Assembly: GCA_016182085.1 (NCBI GenBank) | Contig: JACOYB010000006.1 | Coordinates: 2,015 to 66,014, forward strand | Length of the DNA stretch: 64,000 nucleotides | Reading direction: 5' to 3' | DNA from: Candidatus Magasanikiibacteriota bacterium | Lineage (GTDB): Bacteria; Patescibacteriota; Patescibacteriia; Magasanikbacterales; GWA2-37-8 | In this document: positions 39,726-48,054 of the stretch, piece after piece | Position numbering within the stretch: position 1 is the stretch's first letter | How the letters are laid out: every line of letters begins with the position of its first letter | Notes under the pieces: generated by a model | The model's database searches: none | Seen by the model: only the letters and a program-made list of their open reading frames with translations | What the model was told of the DNA's origin: nothing | Translations under genes and position numbers: made by a program

Positions 39726-39797
39726 GCACTCGTCGTTCAATGGATAGGACGCCAGCTTGCGGAGCTGGCGATCTAGGTTCGATTCCTAGCGAGTGCA
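39726..39797 (+). tRNA. tRNA-Arg(GCG)
   Basis: Acceptor GCACTCG/CGAGTGC, anticodon stem CCAGC/GCTGG, loop TTGCGGA, T-arm CTAGG/TTCGATT/CCTAG. Confidence 0.75.
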
Positions 39798-39802
39798 CAA
39801 TG

Positions 39803-39830
39803 GAAACAACTACGAATCCGTAGTTGTTTT
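39803..39830 (+). terminator. Rho-independent terminator
   Basis: aaacaactacgaatccgtagttgtttt. Confidence 0.7.
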
Positions 39831-39882
39831 GTTTTAAATACAAAGAGCAGGAACTTGCCTGCTCTTAACTCCTTACTTTGCC

Positions 39883-40290
39883 TCAAATCGGTAGGCATGC
39901 CTTGATCTTCGCGGCGATAGCCTGTCCATTCTGCAGCTTGGTGCGGGCTGACAGAAAATGTCCGAACCCCGCCGCATCGCCCTTGTAGCGAGGCACGAGA
40001 TGGAAGTGAACGTGGCGAACTTGTTCGCCAATTGACGCTATGTAGATGAACTCGGCGCCAAGGGCTGCTTTCAGTGCGCCGCCGATCCGTGCGACCGACC
40101 GCCCCATTTCCGCTGCGTCCGTCGGCGATACCGTAGTCAGATCGGGGTGATGGCTTTTCAGAATGACAAGCGTGTGGCCTTCTGCCAGGGGGTTGTCATC
40201 CAGGATTGCGAGGACGCAATCATCCTCATACACCATCTGGCTGTGACGTCGTCGTGTGGCAACGAAGTCGCAAAATACGCAATCGGCCAT
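39883..40290 (-). CDS. HIT-family (histidine triad) nucleotide hydrolase
   Basis: HVHFHLVPR triad. Start MADCVF. GC-rich islet. Confidence 0.8.
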   Translation of the reverse strand: MADCVFCDFVATRRRHSQMVYEDDCVLAILDDNPLAEGHTLVILKSHHPDLTTVSPTDAAEMGRSVARIGGALKAALGAEFIYIASIGEQVRHVHFHLVPRYKGDAAGFGHFLSARTKLQNGQAIAAKIKACLPI

Positions 40291-40390
40291 GTTTGTTTTC
40301 CTCCTGCCCAGATTATAGTGTGTGTATGCTTGAAAAGTCAAGATTTTTTTATAAAAAAACACTAAACCTCGCGCGGTGACACGAGGCAGT

Positions 40391-41095
40391 TTACGGCTTG
40401 AGGAAGAATTCCTTCAGTTTTGCCAGGCATGACGGGCAAAACGGCCACCCTCTAATTTTTTTGAGCATCTCTTCGTTGAAGGTCCAATACATCACGCATT
40501 CATTCTGGCAATGCGCTTGTTTCAGATCCTCGTCGCTCGCATTAGCGGGGCCACTATAAGGGAACAGACCGAAGATGTGTCCAAGCTCGTGCATCGTCAG
40601 CATCAGAAGGTAAAGAGAAGAGATCGAGTCTTCGTTTTCTTCGGCAGTTCTGTTGTCTTCTCCGTTCACCGGCCGGAGAAGCTGTTTTACTTCGCTATAG
40701 GTAACAACGGCGCCATAGTTCTCAAGTCCGACTCCCCCGACGCTTCGGGATGAATCGTTATGCCAGTGCAATGGTTCCGTTACCAGTGTCACATCATACC
40801 GTTCTTCTTTGCTGCGACTCGCATCATCTTTTATAGAGTATAGCAAGCTTGAAGCATTGAGGTGCCCCGCAACGATGCTTTCTCGGCGCGCCTTGGAAAT
40901 ATGCGGTCTGGGGTTGAAATTAGTTTTTTGGAAAACGTAATTTCCCACCGTGCTATTAAACAAGCGGTCGTATTCCTCCAAGATACCGGCAGCGTAAAGA
41001 ACAGTTATGATAGCGCGGTCAACAACAGATTGAGCTAATTGGCCCGTGCCCTTTTGAGACAGAACCGTAATCGGCTTGATCTTGTAAAACGCCAT
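40391..41095 (-). CDS. Archaemetzincin-like (peptidase M54-type) zinc metallopeptidase
   Basis: HELGHIFGL ... CQNECVMY ... CPSC arrangement (HExxHxxG + Cys4). GC-rich. Confidence 0.6.
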   Translation of the reverse strand: MAFYKIKPITVLSQKGTGQLAQSVVDRAIITVLYAAGILEEYDRLFNSTVGNYVFQKTNFNPRPHISKARRESIVAGHLNASSLLYSIKDDASRSKEERYDVTLVTEPLHWHNDSSRSVGGVGLENYGAVVTYSEVKQLLRPVNGEDNRTAEENEDSISSLYLLMLTMHELGHIFGLFPYSGPANASDEDLKQAHCQNECVMYWTFNEEMLKKIRGWPFCPSCLAKLKEFFLKP

Positions 41096-41244
41096 GATCT
41101 TACCCCTCCTACTGCTTGAAGCAGATCATATAGGTAGTATATGCTAGCTAAATTTTTTTGCAAACTTATGCACAGCCGCCTTAGACGGAATTTTGTGGTA
41201 TAATGTATCCATACATTTCTAATGGATACCAAATTTATCTGCGT

Positions 41245-42390
41245 ATGATTACTCACAGAGTTGCCACCAAGTTGGCGCCAGAACCACCGGTACGCTTTTA
41301 TCGCACGATTGCCGTTACCTTTTTAATTGTTACTTTAGTTTTACTGGGTGTTATCATATTTTTTACTTCCAAAAAAGCTACAATTGTTATTGTTGCTAAG
41401 ACAGATAATAAAAATGTAAATTTGGATATAAATGTTGCCTCGCAAAAAAGCAGCGACCTTGCGATTGTTGGGCTTGTTACCACTACTAAATTTAGTTCAT
41501 CACAAAAATATTTTCCTACGGGCAACAAAACCACCGATGGTTTAGCTGTAGGAGAAGTTACGCTATTTAACGAAACCGGCGCCGTGCAAGCTCTGGTAAA
41601 AACTACCAGACTGCTTACTCCATCTGGCGTTCTATTCCGTCTTTCAAATAATGTAACGGTGCCAGCCAGAGGCCAGGTACAGGCAGCCGTATATGCCGAT
41701 CAGTTGGGAGCCGGAGGAAATATTGGCCCAAGCAGTTTTACAATTCCTGGACTCAATGAAGAAAAGCAAAAAGTTATTTACGCGAGCAGCAGCAAAGATA
41801 TGGTAGGAGGAGTCAGAACCGTTGGGGTATTAAATGCTGAAGATGTAAAATCCGCAAAATCTGATTTTGCCGGTAAAATAAAAAAGACCGTAGAAGATTC
41901 TTTGGAGCAGAATACTAATTTTTCACAAAAATTAATTTTTGTTCCGGATAATAACGTAATGGTTGATAGGCAAATTGGCGAAGAAGTAACGGAGTTTAAT
42001 TTATCCGGCACAAGCACGGTTGTGATTGTCTACTATAATAGCCAAGATTTAAAATCTATTTTAGCCAGAGAAGTTGAGAGTCGCATAGATATAAGCACTG
42101 AAAAAGTATTATCGGTTACCAAGGATCCGCAAGTAACGCTGGGTAGTTATGACCTAGAAAAACAGAAAGCAGTATTATCGGTATATCAAGATGTTTTGGT
42201 AACGCTCGATGTAAATGGTGAAAAATTAGCGGTAAATAATTTTTTTGGAAAGAAGAAAGATGAAATTGAGCGATATATATTTGGTTTAGGCCATGTGGTG
42301 GGTGTAGATGTGAAATTTTCACCTGGTTGGATGAGAACCGCTCCAGGCGTGGCCGACAAAGTGCAGGTGGTAGTAAAAAATGTAGAGTAG
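41245..42390 (+). CDS. Hypothetical N-terminally anchored exported protein
   Basis: Start at MITHRV, single TM helix then soluble domain. Confidence 0.45.
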   Translation: MITHRVATKLAPEPPVRFYRTIAVTFLIVTLVLLGVIIFFTSKKATIVIVAKTDNKNVNLDINVASQKSSDLAIVGLVTTTKFSSSQKYFPTGNKTTDGLAVGEVTLFNETGAVQALVKTTRLLTPSGVLFRLSNNVTVPARGQVQAAVYADQLGAGGNIGPSSFTIPGLNEEKQKVIYASSSKDMVGGVRTVGVLNAEDVKSAKSDFAGKIKKTVEDSLEQNTNFSQKLIFVPDNNVMVDRQIGEEVTEFNLSGTSTVVIVYYNSQDLKSILAREVESRIDISTEKVLSVTKDPQVTLGSYDLEKQKAVLSVYQDVLVTLDVNGEKLAVNNFFGKKKDEIERYIFGLGHVVGVDVKFSPGWMRTAPGVADKVQVVVKNVE

Positions 42391-42398
42391 TTCTTTGT

Positions 42399-42427
42399 TT
42401 GACAAAGAAAAGCGGTTGTTTTAAAAT
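42399..42427 (+). promoter_or_regulatory. Sigma70-type promoter of thrS
   Basis: TTGACA-17-TAAAAT. Confidence 0.6.
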
Positions 42428-42439
42428 GCTTCTAAGGCT

Positions 42440-42640
42440 CGTTATTACGAGAACCCGCCCAGTTTACCCCGACCTGTTTTCGGAATGCGTCGGGGTTGAT
42501 ATGGTACCACTCTTGGAGAGCCGCGTAAAAAAAGTTAAATATTCGGGTGGAACCGTCCTTGGCAGTAGTGCTAGAGACCCCGATGCGTATTATTATAATA
42601 GTGCGTAGCGGGGTCTTTTTATTTAAATTTATTAAATCAT
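42440..42640 (+). promoter_or_regulatory. Putative T-box riboswitch leader of thrS (T-box-like GGGTGGAACCG plus intrinsic terminator)
   Basis: attcGGGTGGAACCGtc resembles T-box AGGGTGGTACCGCG. Terminator gaccccg..cggggtcTTTTTATTT at 42577-42625. Confidence 0.45.
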
Positions 42641-42653
42641 TTTATACTTTCCT

Positions 42654-44402
42654 ATGGATCAAGAACGACTAGAACACATCCGTCATTCTGCCGCCCACAT
42701 GTTGGCCGCGGCCGTATTAGAACTTTACCCAAGAACCAAATTGGGTATTGGCCCAACCGTAGAAAACGGGTTTTATTATGATTTTTTATTTCCCCAAGGC
42801 ACAACGGTTTCCGAAGAGGATTTGGCGAGTATTGAGACTGTAATGAAAAAAATTATCAGCGGCCACCATGATTTTGTGGGTCGCAGCGTTACCGCTGTTG
42901 AGGCAGAAAGCGAAGAAGCGGACCAGCCATTTAAATTGGAGCTCATAAAAGAATTTGCCGGAGAAGGCAAGAACTTAACCATTTATGAATCCGGCCCATT
43001 TAAAGATTTGTGCCGAGGCGGACATGTAGACAACACCTCAGAAATTCCGGCTGACGGATTAAAATTGCATAGAGTGGCCGGCGCCTATTGGCGCGGCAGT
43101 GAAAAAAACCCGATGCTTACCCGTATTTACGGACTACTATTTGCTACTAAAGAAGAGCTCGATAGTTATTTAGAAAAATTAGAAGAAGCGAAAAAACGAG
43201 ATCATAGAAAGTTGGGAGCGGAGTTGGATCTGTTTACTTTTTCCGATTTGGTGGGAGCTGGCCTGGCTTTATGGACCCCAAAAGGCACCTTGCTGCGCAA
43301 TACCTTGGATGATTTTGTTTGGCAGCTTCGTAAAGAGCGCGGATATGAAAAAGTTACGATTCCACACATTACCAAGAAAGATTTATATGAAACAAGCGGT
43401 CACTGGGATAAATTTAAAGATGATTTGTTTAAGATTACCACCCGTGAAGGCCACGAATTTGCCATGAAGCCGATGAACTGCCCGCATCATACCCAGATAT
43501 TTAATCATGTTTCCCGCAGCTACCGTGATTTGCCGCAACGCTACGCTGAAACCACAATGTGTTATCGTGATGAGCAAACGGGAGAGTTGCACGGCCTGTC
43601 GCGCGTGCGCGGATTTACGCAAGATGATGCCCATGTGTTTTGTCGGGAAAGCCAAGTAAAGGAAGAGATGTTTAAAATTTGGGATATTATTGAAGCTTTT
43701 TATAAAGCGGTTGGATTTAATGATTTACGCGTGCGATTATCATTGCACGATCCGGCTCAGTTTGAAAAATATTTAGGCACAAAAGAAGTCTGGGAAAATA
43801 CAGAAAAACAATTGCGTGAAATGGTGGCAGAACGAGGCGTAGAAGCTTTTGAAGCGCTTGGTGAAGCGGCCATGTACGGACCGAAAATAGATTTTATGGC
43901 CAAAGATTCCATTGGCCGTGAGTGGCAGGTGGCAACCATTCAAATTGATCGCAATCAGCCTGAACGGTTTGATCTGGTATGCGTAAATGAACAGGGAGAA
44001 AAAGAAAGAGTGGTGATGGTGCATGCGGCAATTATGGGATCTATTGAACGATTCCTTTCAATTCTTATTGAACATCATGCCGGCGCGTTTCCGGTCTGGG
44101 TATCTCCGGTACAGGTGCTGCTTGCGCCGGTTTCGTCCAAGCATGTAGGTGGCGCTAGAGCCTTATTAAACGAATTGACCGAGGCCGGTATTAGGACAGG
44201 AATAGACGAAGCCGATGAAACTATTGGCAATAAAGTACGCAAGGCCGCCGGACAGAAAATTCCATATATTGTGGTGGTGGGAGACAAAGAGTTAGGTGGG
44301 GAACCGTGGATGATACGCGTGCGAGGGCAAAAAGATCAGGTTAAAATGACCAAGGAAGAGTTTATAGAGAAGGTAAGAAATGAGATAGCCGGTAAAATAT
44401 AA
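42654..44402 (+). CDS. thrS: Threonine--tRNA ligase (lacks N-terminal TGS domain)
   Basis: Second additional domain (SAD) histidines, class II motifs (HRDLPQRYAE..., GFTQDDAHVFC), anticodon-binding domain. Confidence 0.92.
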   Translation: MDQERLEHIRHSAAHMLAAAVLELYPRTKLGIGPTVENGFYYDFLFPQGTTVSEEDLASIETVMKKIISGHHDFVGRSVTAVEAESEEADQPFKLELIKEFAGEGKNLTIYESGPFKDLCRGGHVDNTSEIPADGLKLHRVAGAYWRGSEKNPMLTRIYGLLFATKEELDSYLEKLEEAKKRDHRKLGAELDLFTFSDLVGAGLALWTPKGTLLRNTLDDFVWQLRKERGYEKVTIPHITKKDLYETSGHWDKFKDDLFKITTREGHEFAMKPMNCPHHTQIFNHVSRSYRDLPQRYAETTMCYRDEQTGELHGLSRVRGFTQDDAHVFCRESQVKEEMFKIWDIIEAFYKAVGFNDLRVRLSLHDPAQFEKYLGTKEVWENTEKQLREMVAERGVEAFEALGEAAMYGPKIDFMAKDSIGREWQVATIQIDRNQPERFDLVCVNEQGEKERVVMVHAAIMGSIERFLSILIEHHAGAFPVWVSPVQVLLAPVSSKHVGGARALLNELTEAGIRTGIDEADETIGNKVRKAAGQKIPYIVVVGDKELGGEPWMIRVRGQKDQVKMTKEEFIEKVRNEIAGKI

Positions 44403-44407
44403 GGAAA

Positions 44408-44440
44408 AAATCCGCTCAAATTCTTGAGCGGATTTTTTAT
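44408..44440 (+). terminator. Rho-independent terminator after thrS
   Basis: aaaaaatccgctcaaattcttgagcggatttttt. Confidence 0.8.
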
Positions 44441-44490
44441 TGACTTTTATAAAATATATTGATTGAATATGTCTAAGAGGAGGATGGTTT

Positions 44491-44733
44491 ATGGCAGAAA
44501 CTAACGTTTACAAGTGTGTTTGTGGCCAGATGGGTCAGAGTTGTGGTTCGGTCCAGGGCTATCCTGGATTGCAATGCAGTTCATGCAAGATCAGGTGGTG
44601 GCACACCAGTTGCTGGAAGTGCCGCCAACCTATTGATGGGCGGCACGCGCAACAGTGTCCGCGCTGTAAGTATTGGCACTGTCCTGAACCTAATTGTGGC
44701 GTGTGCAGCCGCGGATGTGCAGGTCGTGTATAA
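44491..44733 (+). CDS. Hypothetical Cys-rich small protein (80 aa, 17 Cys, several CxxC pairs)
   Basis: AGGAGG SD 7 nt before ATG. Sits in a GC-rich patch. Confidence 0.55.
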   Translation: MAETNVYKCVCGQMGQSCGSVQGYPGLQCSSCKIRWWHTSCWKCRQPIDGRHAQQCPRCKYWHCPEPNCGVCSRGCAGRV

Positions 44734-44820
44734 GGAGATTAAGGGGTTGCCCGGGTATAAGGAGGTACCCGGGCATGATAGAAAATTAGCTAAAGTTAGC
44801 CAAAAAATGGCAAAAATCTA

Positions 44821-44849
44821 TTGACAAAATGCTCAAAAAGTGTTATAAT
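44821..44849 (+). promoter_or_regulatory. Perfect consensus sigma70 promoter of an orphan transcription unit
   Basis: TTGACA-17-TATAAT exact. Confidence 0.7.
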
Positions 44850-45124
44850 TCCTTTTGTGTTTAACTTTTAAATAAAAGTTATGCGAGAAGGAAATAGACA
44901 TCAGCAAATCAAAGCCGGCCTGGAAAAAGCTGTGGATATTAAAAAACAGCGAGAAAGCATGTCTTTATCCCATTCTTGAAAAGAATGCTGTGTCCAAAAA
45001 GAAGAAACCAATTGATGTGGTTCATGTTATATCTCCAGAGGATGCCCGTGAAGCTTTAGAGGCAGCCAAGGGTGGGTATGATGAGTATGAGGAGAAAGAA
45101 GAAGAAATAAATTAAAATTAAAAA

Positions 45125-45156
45125 TCAAAAAACATCCGTGAGATAAGGATGTTTTT
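45125..45156 (+). terminator. Rho-independent terminator closing the orphan unit
   Basis: aaaaaacatccgtgagataaggatgttttttg. Confidence 0.75.
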
Positions 45157-45170
45157 TGTTCCTAGCTTAG

Positions 45171-46097
45171 ATGAATAAAAAATTGCCAAAAATTATTGTT
45201 ATTGTTGGCCCAACCGCTTCTGGTAAAACAGACCTGGGTTTATTATTGGCAAAAAAATTTAACGGCGAGATTATTTCCGCCGACTCTCGGCAGGTATATA
45301 AAAAAATGGATATCGGCACGGCCAAACCAAAGGGTGAATGGATAAGTGGAAGTTATGTGGTGGATGGCGTACCGCACTATATGATGGATATTGTAGAGCC
45401 GGACAAAGACTTTAGCCTGGCAGATTTTAAAGCTCGGGCGATAAAACATATACAGGATATCTTACAAAGAAATAAATTACCGATCATTGTCGGTGGTACA
45501 GGATTGTATGTATGGACAATTATTGATAACTTGGATATTCCCAAAATCAAACCCGATTTGCAGTTGCGAAAAAATTTAGAAGAAAAAACCCTCGCAGAAT
45601 TAGCAGCCATGCTTCAAGAAATAGATCCAGAAAGTGCCAAAAAAATAGATCTAAAAAATCCTCGCCGCGTCCTTCGGGCGCTGGAGGTAGCCATAACCAG
45701 CGGAGAGTCTTTTTTTGCGCAGCGTACAAAATCAAATCCATTGTTTGAGGCTTTGCAGGTCGGCATTGAAGTATCTAAGGAAGAACTAAACGATCGTATT
45801 GATGCTAGAGTTGATAAACAGATTACAGAAGGACTCGTAGAAGAAACAAAACAGTTGGCGCAGATCGGGTATGGTTGGAATTTGCCAAGCATGAGTGGTA
45901 TTGGCTATCGCCAGATGGGGTATTATATAAAAGGGGAGATGACTCTGGAAGAAGCGATAGCCACGTTAAAAAAAGATACCAAACGATACGCCAAAAGACA
46001 GATGACTTGGTTTAAACGAGACAAAAGGATTGAGTGGATAAAAAATACCGATCCGGACACGGCCGGCAGTCTTGTAAAATATTTTTTACAGAAGTAA
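45171..46097 (+). CDS. miaA: tRNA dimethylallyltransferase
   Basis: VIVGPTASGKTDL P-loop, SADSRQVYKKMDIGTAKP. Confidence 0.9.
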   Translation: MNKKLPKIIVIVGPTASGKTDLGLLLAKKFNGEIISADSRQVYKKMDIGTAKPKGEWISGSYVVDGVPHYMMDIVEPDKDFSLADFKARAIKHIQDILQRNKLPIIVGGTGLYVWTIIDNLDIPKIKPDLQLRKNLEEKTLAELAAMLQEIDPESAKKIDLKNPRRVLRALEVAITSGESFFAQRTKSNPLFEALQVGIEVSKEELNDRIDARVDKQITEGLVEETKQLAQIGYGWNLPSMSGIGYRQMGYYIKGEMTLEEAIATLKKDTKRYAKRQMTWFKRDKRIEWIKNTDPDTAGSLVKYFLQK

Positions 46098-46098
46098 G

Positions 46099-48024
46099 TT
46101 ATCTTTCAAGCTTAATTTCTTCTCCCATAAAGTCCAATGTTGCGCCGGTAACCGTATCTTCAGCTTGAACATGGACTTTGGAAACAAGCAGGTCTTGCGT
46201 AGGGTTGATTTTGTTTAAGGTAATGGTAAAAGGCAGAGCCAGAACGTCTATGCTTTCCGGCATTTCGGCAATTGTCCAAGTTATTTTTTTGCTTTGGGCG
46301 CTCCAGGTAGCTTGTCCGGCTGGGGCAGAACTTGGCAAGTCTACAGTTACATCACCATAGACATCGGCAGATAGGGTAATATTTTTTAGGGCGTGAAAAT
46401 TATTGGTAAGTACCCAGCTGAGCTGGTGTTTTTCACCGCTACCCACTGGCGATACATTGTCGCGCGCTTCAAACACCAGGTCGGAATTAACGGTAATTAC
46501 AATTTGGTTACTGGATAAATTTTGAGCAGCATTTTTTTGGTCCTTGAAACTTATTTCAGCCAGGGCTGTAATTTGAGAAGAAGATGCCAGGTCGGATAGG
46601 GCGAAGGAAGAAGCGTCTTTTATCGGTAATTTAATGTCTAGAGTAACTTCTTTGCCCTTGGCAATGTTTGCGAGTGCCGGGAATTTACTTTTGTCCCAGG
46701 TAATTTCCCCGCGTCTTAAGTTGTCGTTAATTTGCGTGCCGCGAATATCGCCGTCATACTTGTCTTCAATCTTTGACCAGTCAACGAGCGTAAGTTTTTT
46801 AACTGCCGGCGTGTTTATGCCCAGTTTTAGAATCGCATTCTTTATATCTTCATCACCTTGATTTTTTAAGGTAATTGTCATATTTAAATCATCACCCGGT
46901 TTGACGTTAAAGTTTGATAATGAGCCGTTTATAGCCAGATTGAAATCCAGGTCATTTTCCGCCAGTTGGGGAGTAAGTTTGGAATCAGACAAGTTGAATG
47001 TTTTGTTGTTGGCAGTAACAAGCAAGGCCCCGGAAATATCAGCGGAACTACTTTCGCCGTCACTGGTACTAGAAGAAAAACGGCCGGTGATTTTAAATGT
47101 CCAGCTGTCTGGAGGCGTGGAAGTAGGAGTTATTTTTTTATTTGTTTCAATAATCCACCTGAAATCTTTGCTCATTGCCGGAGAAGAAGAAGTGATAAAG
47201 AAATTTTTAGGCCAAGATGGTTTTAATTCCAATTTGCCGATTGTTGACGGAGCTTCTCTTTTTATGACAAAGGCATATTCGGCAACATTGCCCACGAGTG
47301 TTTTGCTGGAGCCGTTAATGGAGAGAGAAAAGGGTGATTTATCAACCACAACATCCAAAATGGAAGCTTTTTGCAGCTCGGAACCAAAATTTTCAGGCTG
47401 GTATGTGAGGAGTACTCTCCAGGACTGTTTTTGATTTAATGATCCGTATGTAAGGCCGGTAATAGAAATTTCTTTCTTTTTTCCGATGCCAATTTCTCCG
47501 AGATCAAATTCGGTATGGCTGGCGTTTTTTGCTTCTATATCGCTTGAGGAAAACACAAAGCCGTCCGGATATTGAATATTTAAGGTGGCCTTTTTTAGAG
47601 CCAGGCCTTGGTTGTTGTTATAAAATATTTTATAAGTGGTCGTTGTGCCGGCAGTAACACTTGTCGGTCCGCTCACGCGCAGTTCAACCTTATCTTCAGC
47701 GAATTTTTTATTGCTTGGCATGAAGAAAAATCCAGCCCAAGCCGCAGCCGCAAGCAGTCCGCCCAGGAACATAACTATCAAAAATGTTTTAAAGCCAGAG
47801 CGGCTTTTTTTAATTTTAATTTTTTTCATATCCGGTAAATGGCCTCGTTCATCTTGATAAATTTTGGTAAGCTGCTGCGATATCTTTGTTTGTTTGGCGT
47901 TTGCGCTGGGTGGCGGGGCCGCCGGTTTGGCGCGTTTTTTTCGGACAACTTTTTTTGGTTTTATATTAGTTTCAACATCATCAGAGATAGAAGTAGAGGA
48001 AAAAGATGGTTCTTCGGCGGGCAT
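46099..48024 (-). CDS. Hypothetical large exported protein with N-terminal TM anchor
   Basis: 641 aa, Ser/Thr-rich beta-rich repeats. Confidence 0.5.
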   Translation of the reverse strand: MPAEEPSFSSTSISDDVETNIKPKKVVRKKRAKPAAPPPSANAKQTKISQQLTKIYQDERGHLPDMKKIKIKKSRSGFKTFLIVMFLGGLLAAAAWAGFFFMPSNKKFAEDKVELRVSGPTSVTAGTTTTYKIFYNNNQGLALKKATLNIQYPDGFVFSSSDIEAKNASHTEFDLGEIGIGKKKEISITGLTYGSLNQKQSWRVLLTYQPENFGSELQKASILDVVVDKSPFSLSINGSSKTLVGNVAEYAFVIKREAPSTIGKLELKPSWPKNFFITSSSPAMSKDFRWIIETNKKITPTSTPPDSWTFKITGRFSSSTSDGESSSADISGALLVTANNKTFNLSDSKLTPQLAENDLDFNLAINGSLSNFNVKPGDDLNMTITLKNQGDEDIKNAILKLGINTPAVKKLTLVDWSKIEDKYDGDIRGTQINDNLRRGEITWDKSKFPALANIAKGKEVTLDIKLPIKDASSFALSDLASSSQITALAEISFKDQKNAAQNLSSNQIVITVNSDLVFEARDNVSPVGSGEKHQLSWVLTNNFHALKNITLSADVYGDVTVDLPSSAPAGQATWSAQSKKITWTIAEMPESIDVLALPFTITLNKINPTQDLLVSKVHVQAEDTVTGATLDFMGEEIKLER

Positions 48025-48054
48025 AAGAAATGAGTTAAAGTAAATTAGGTTATT

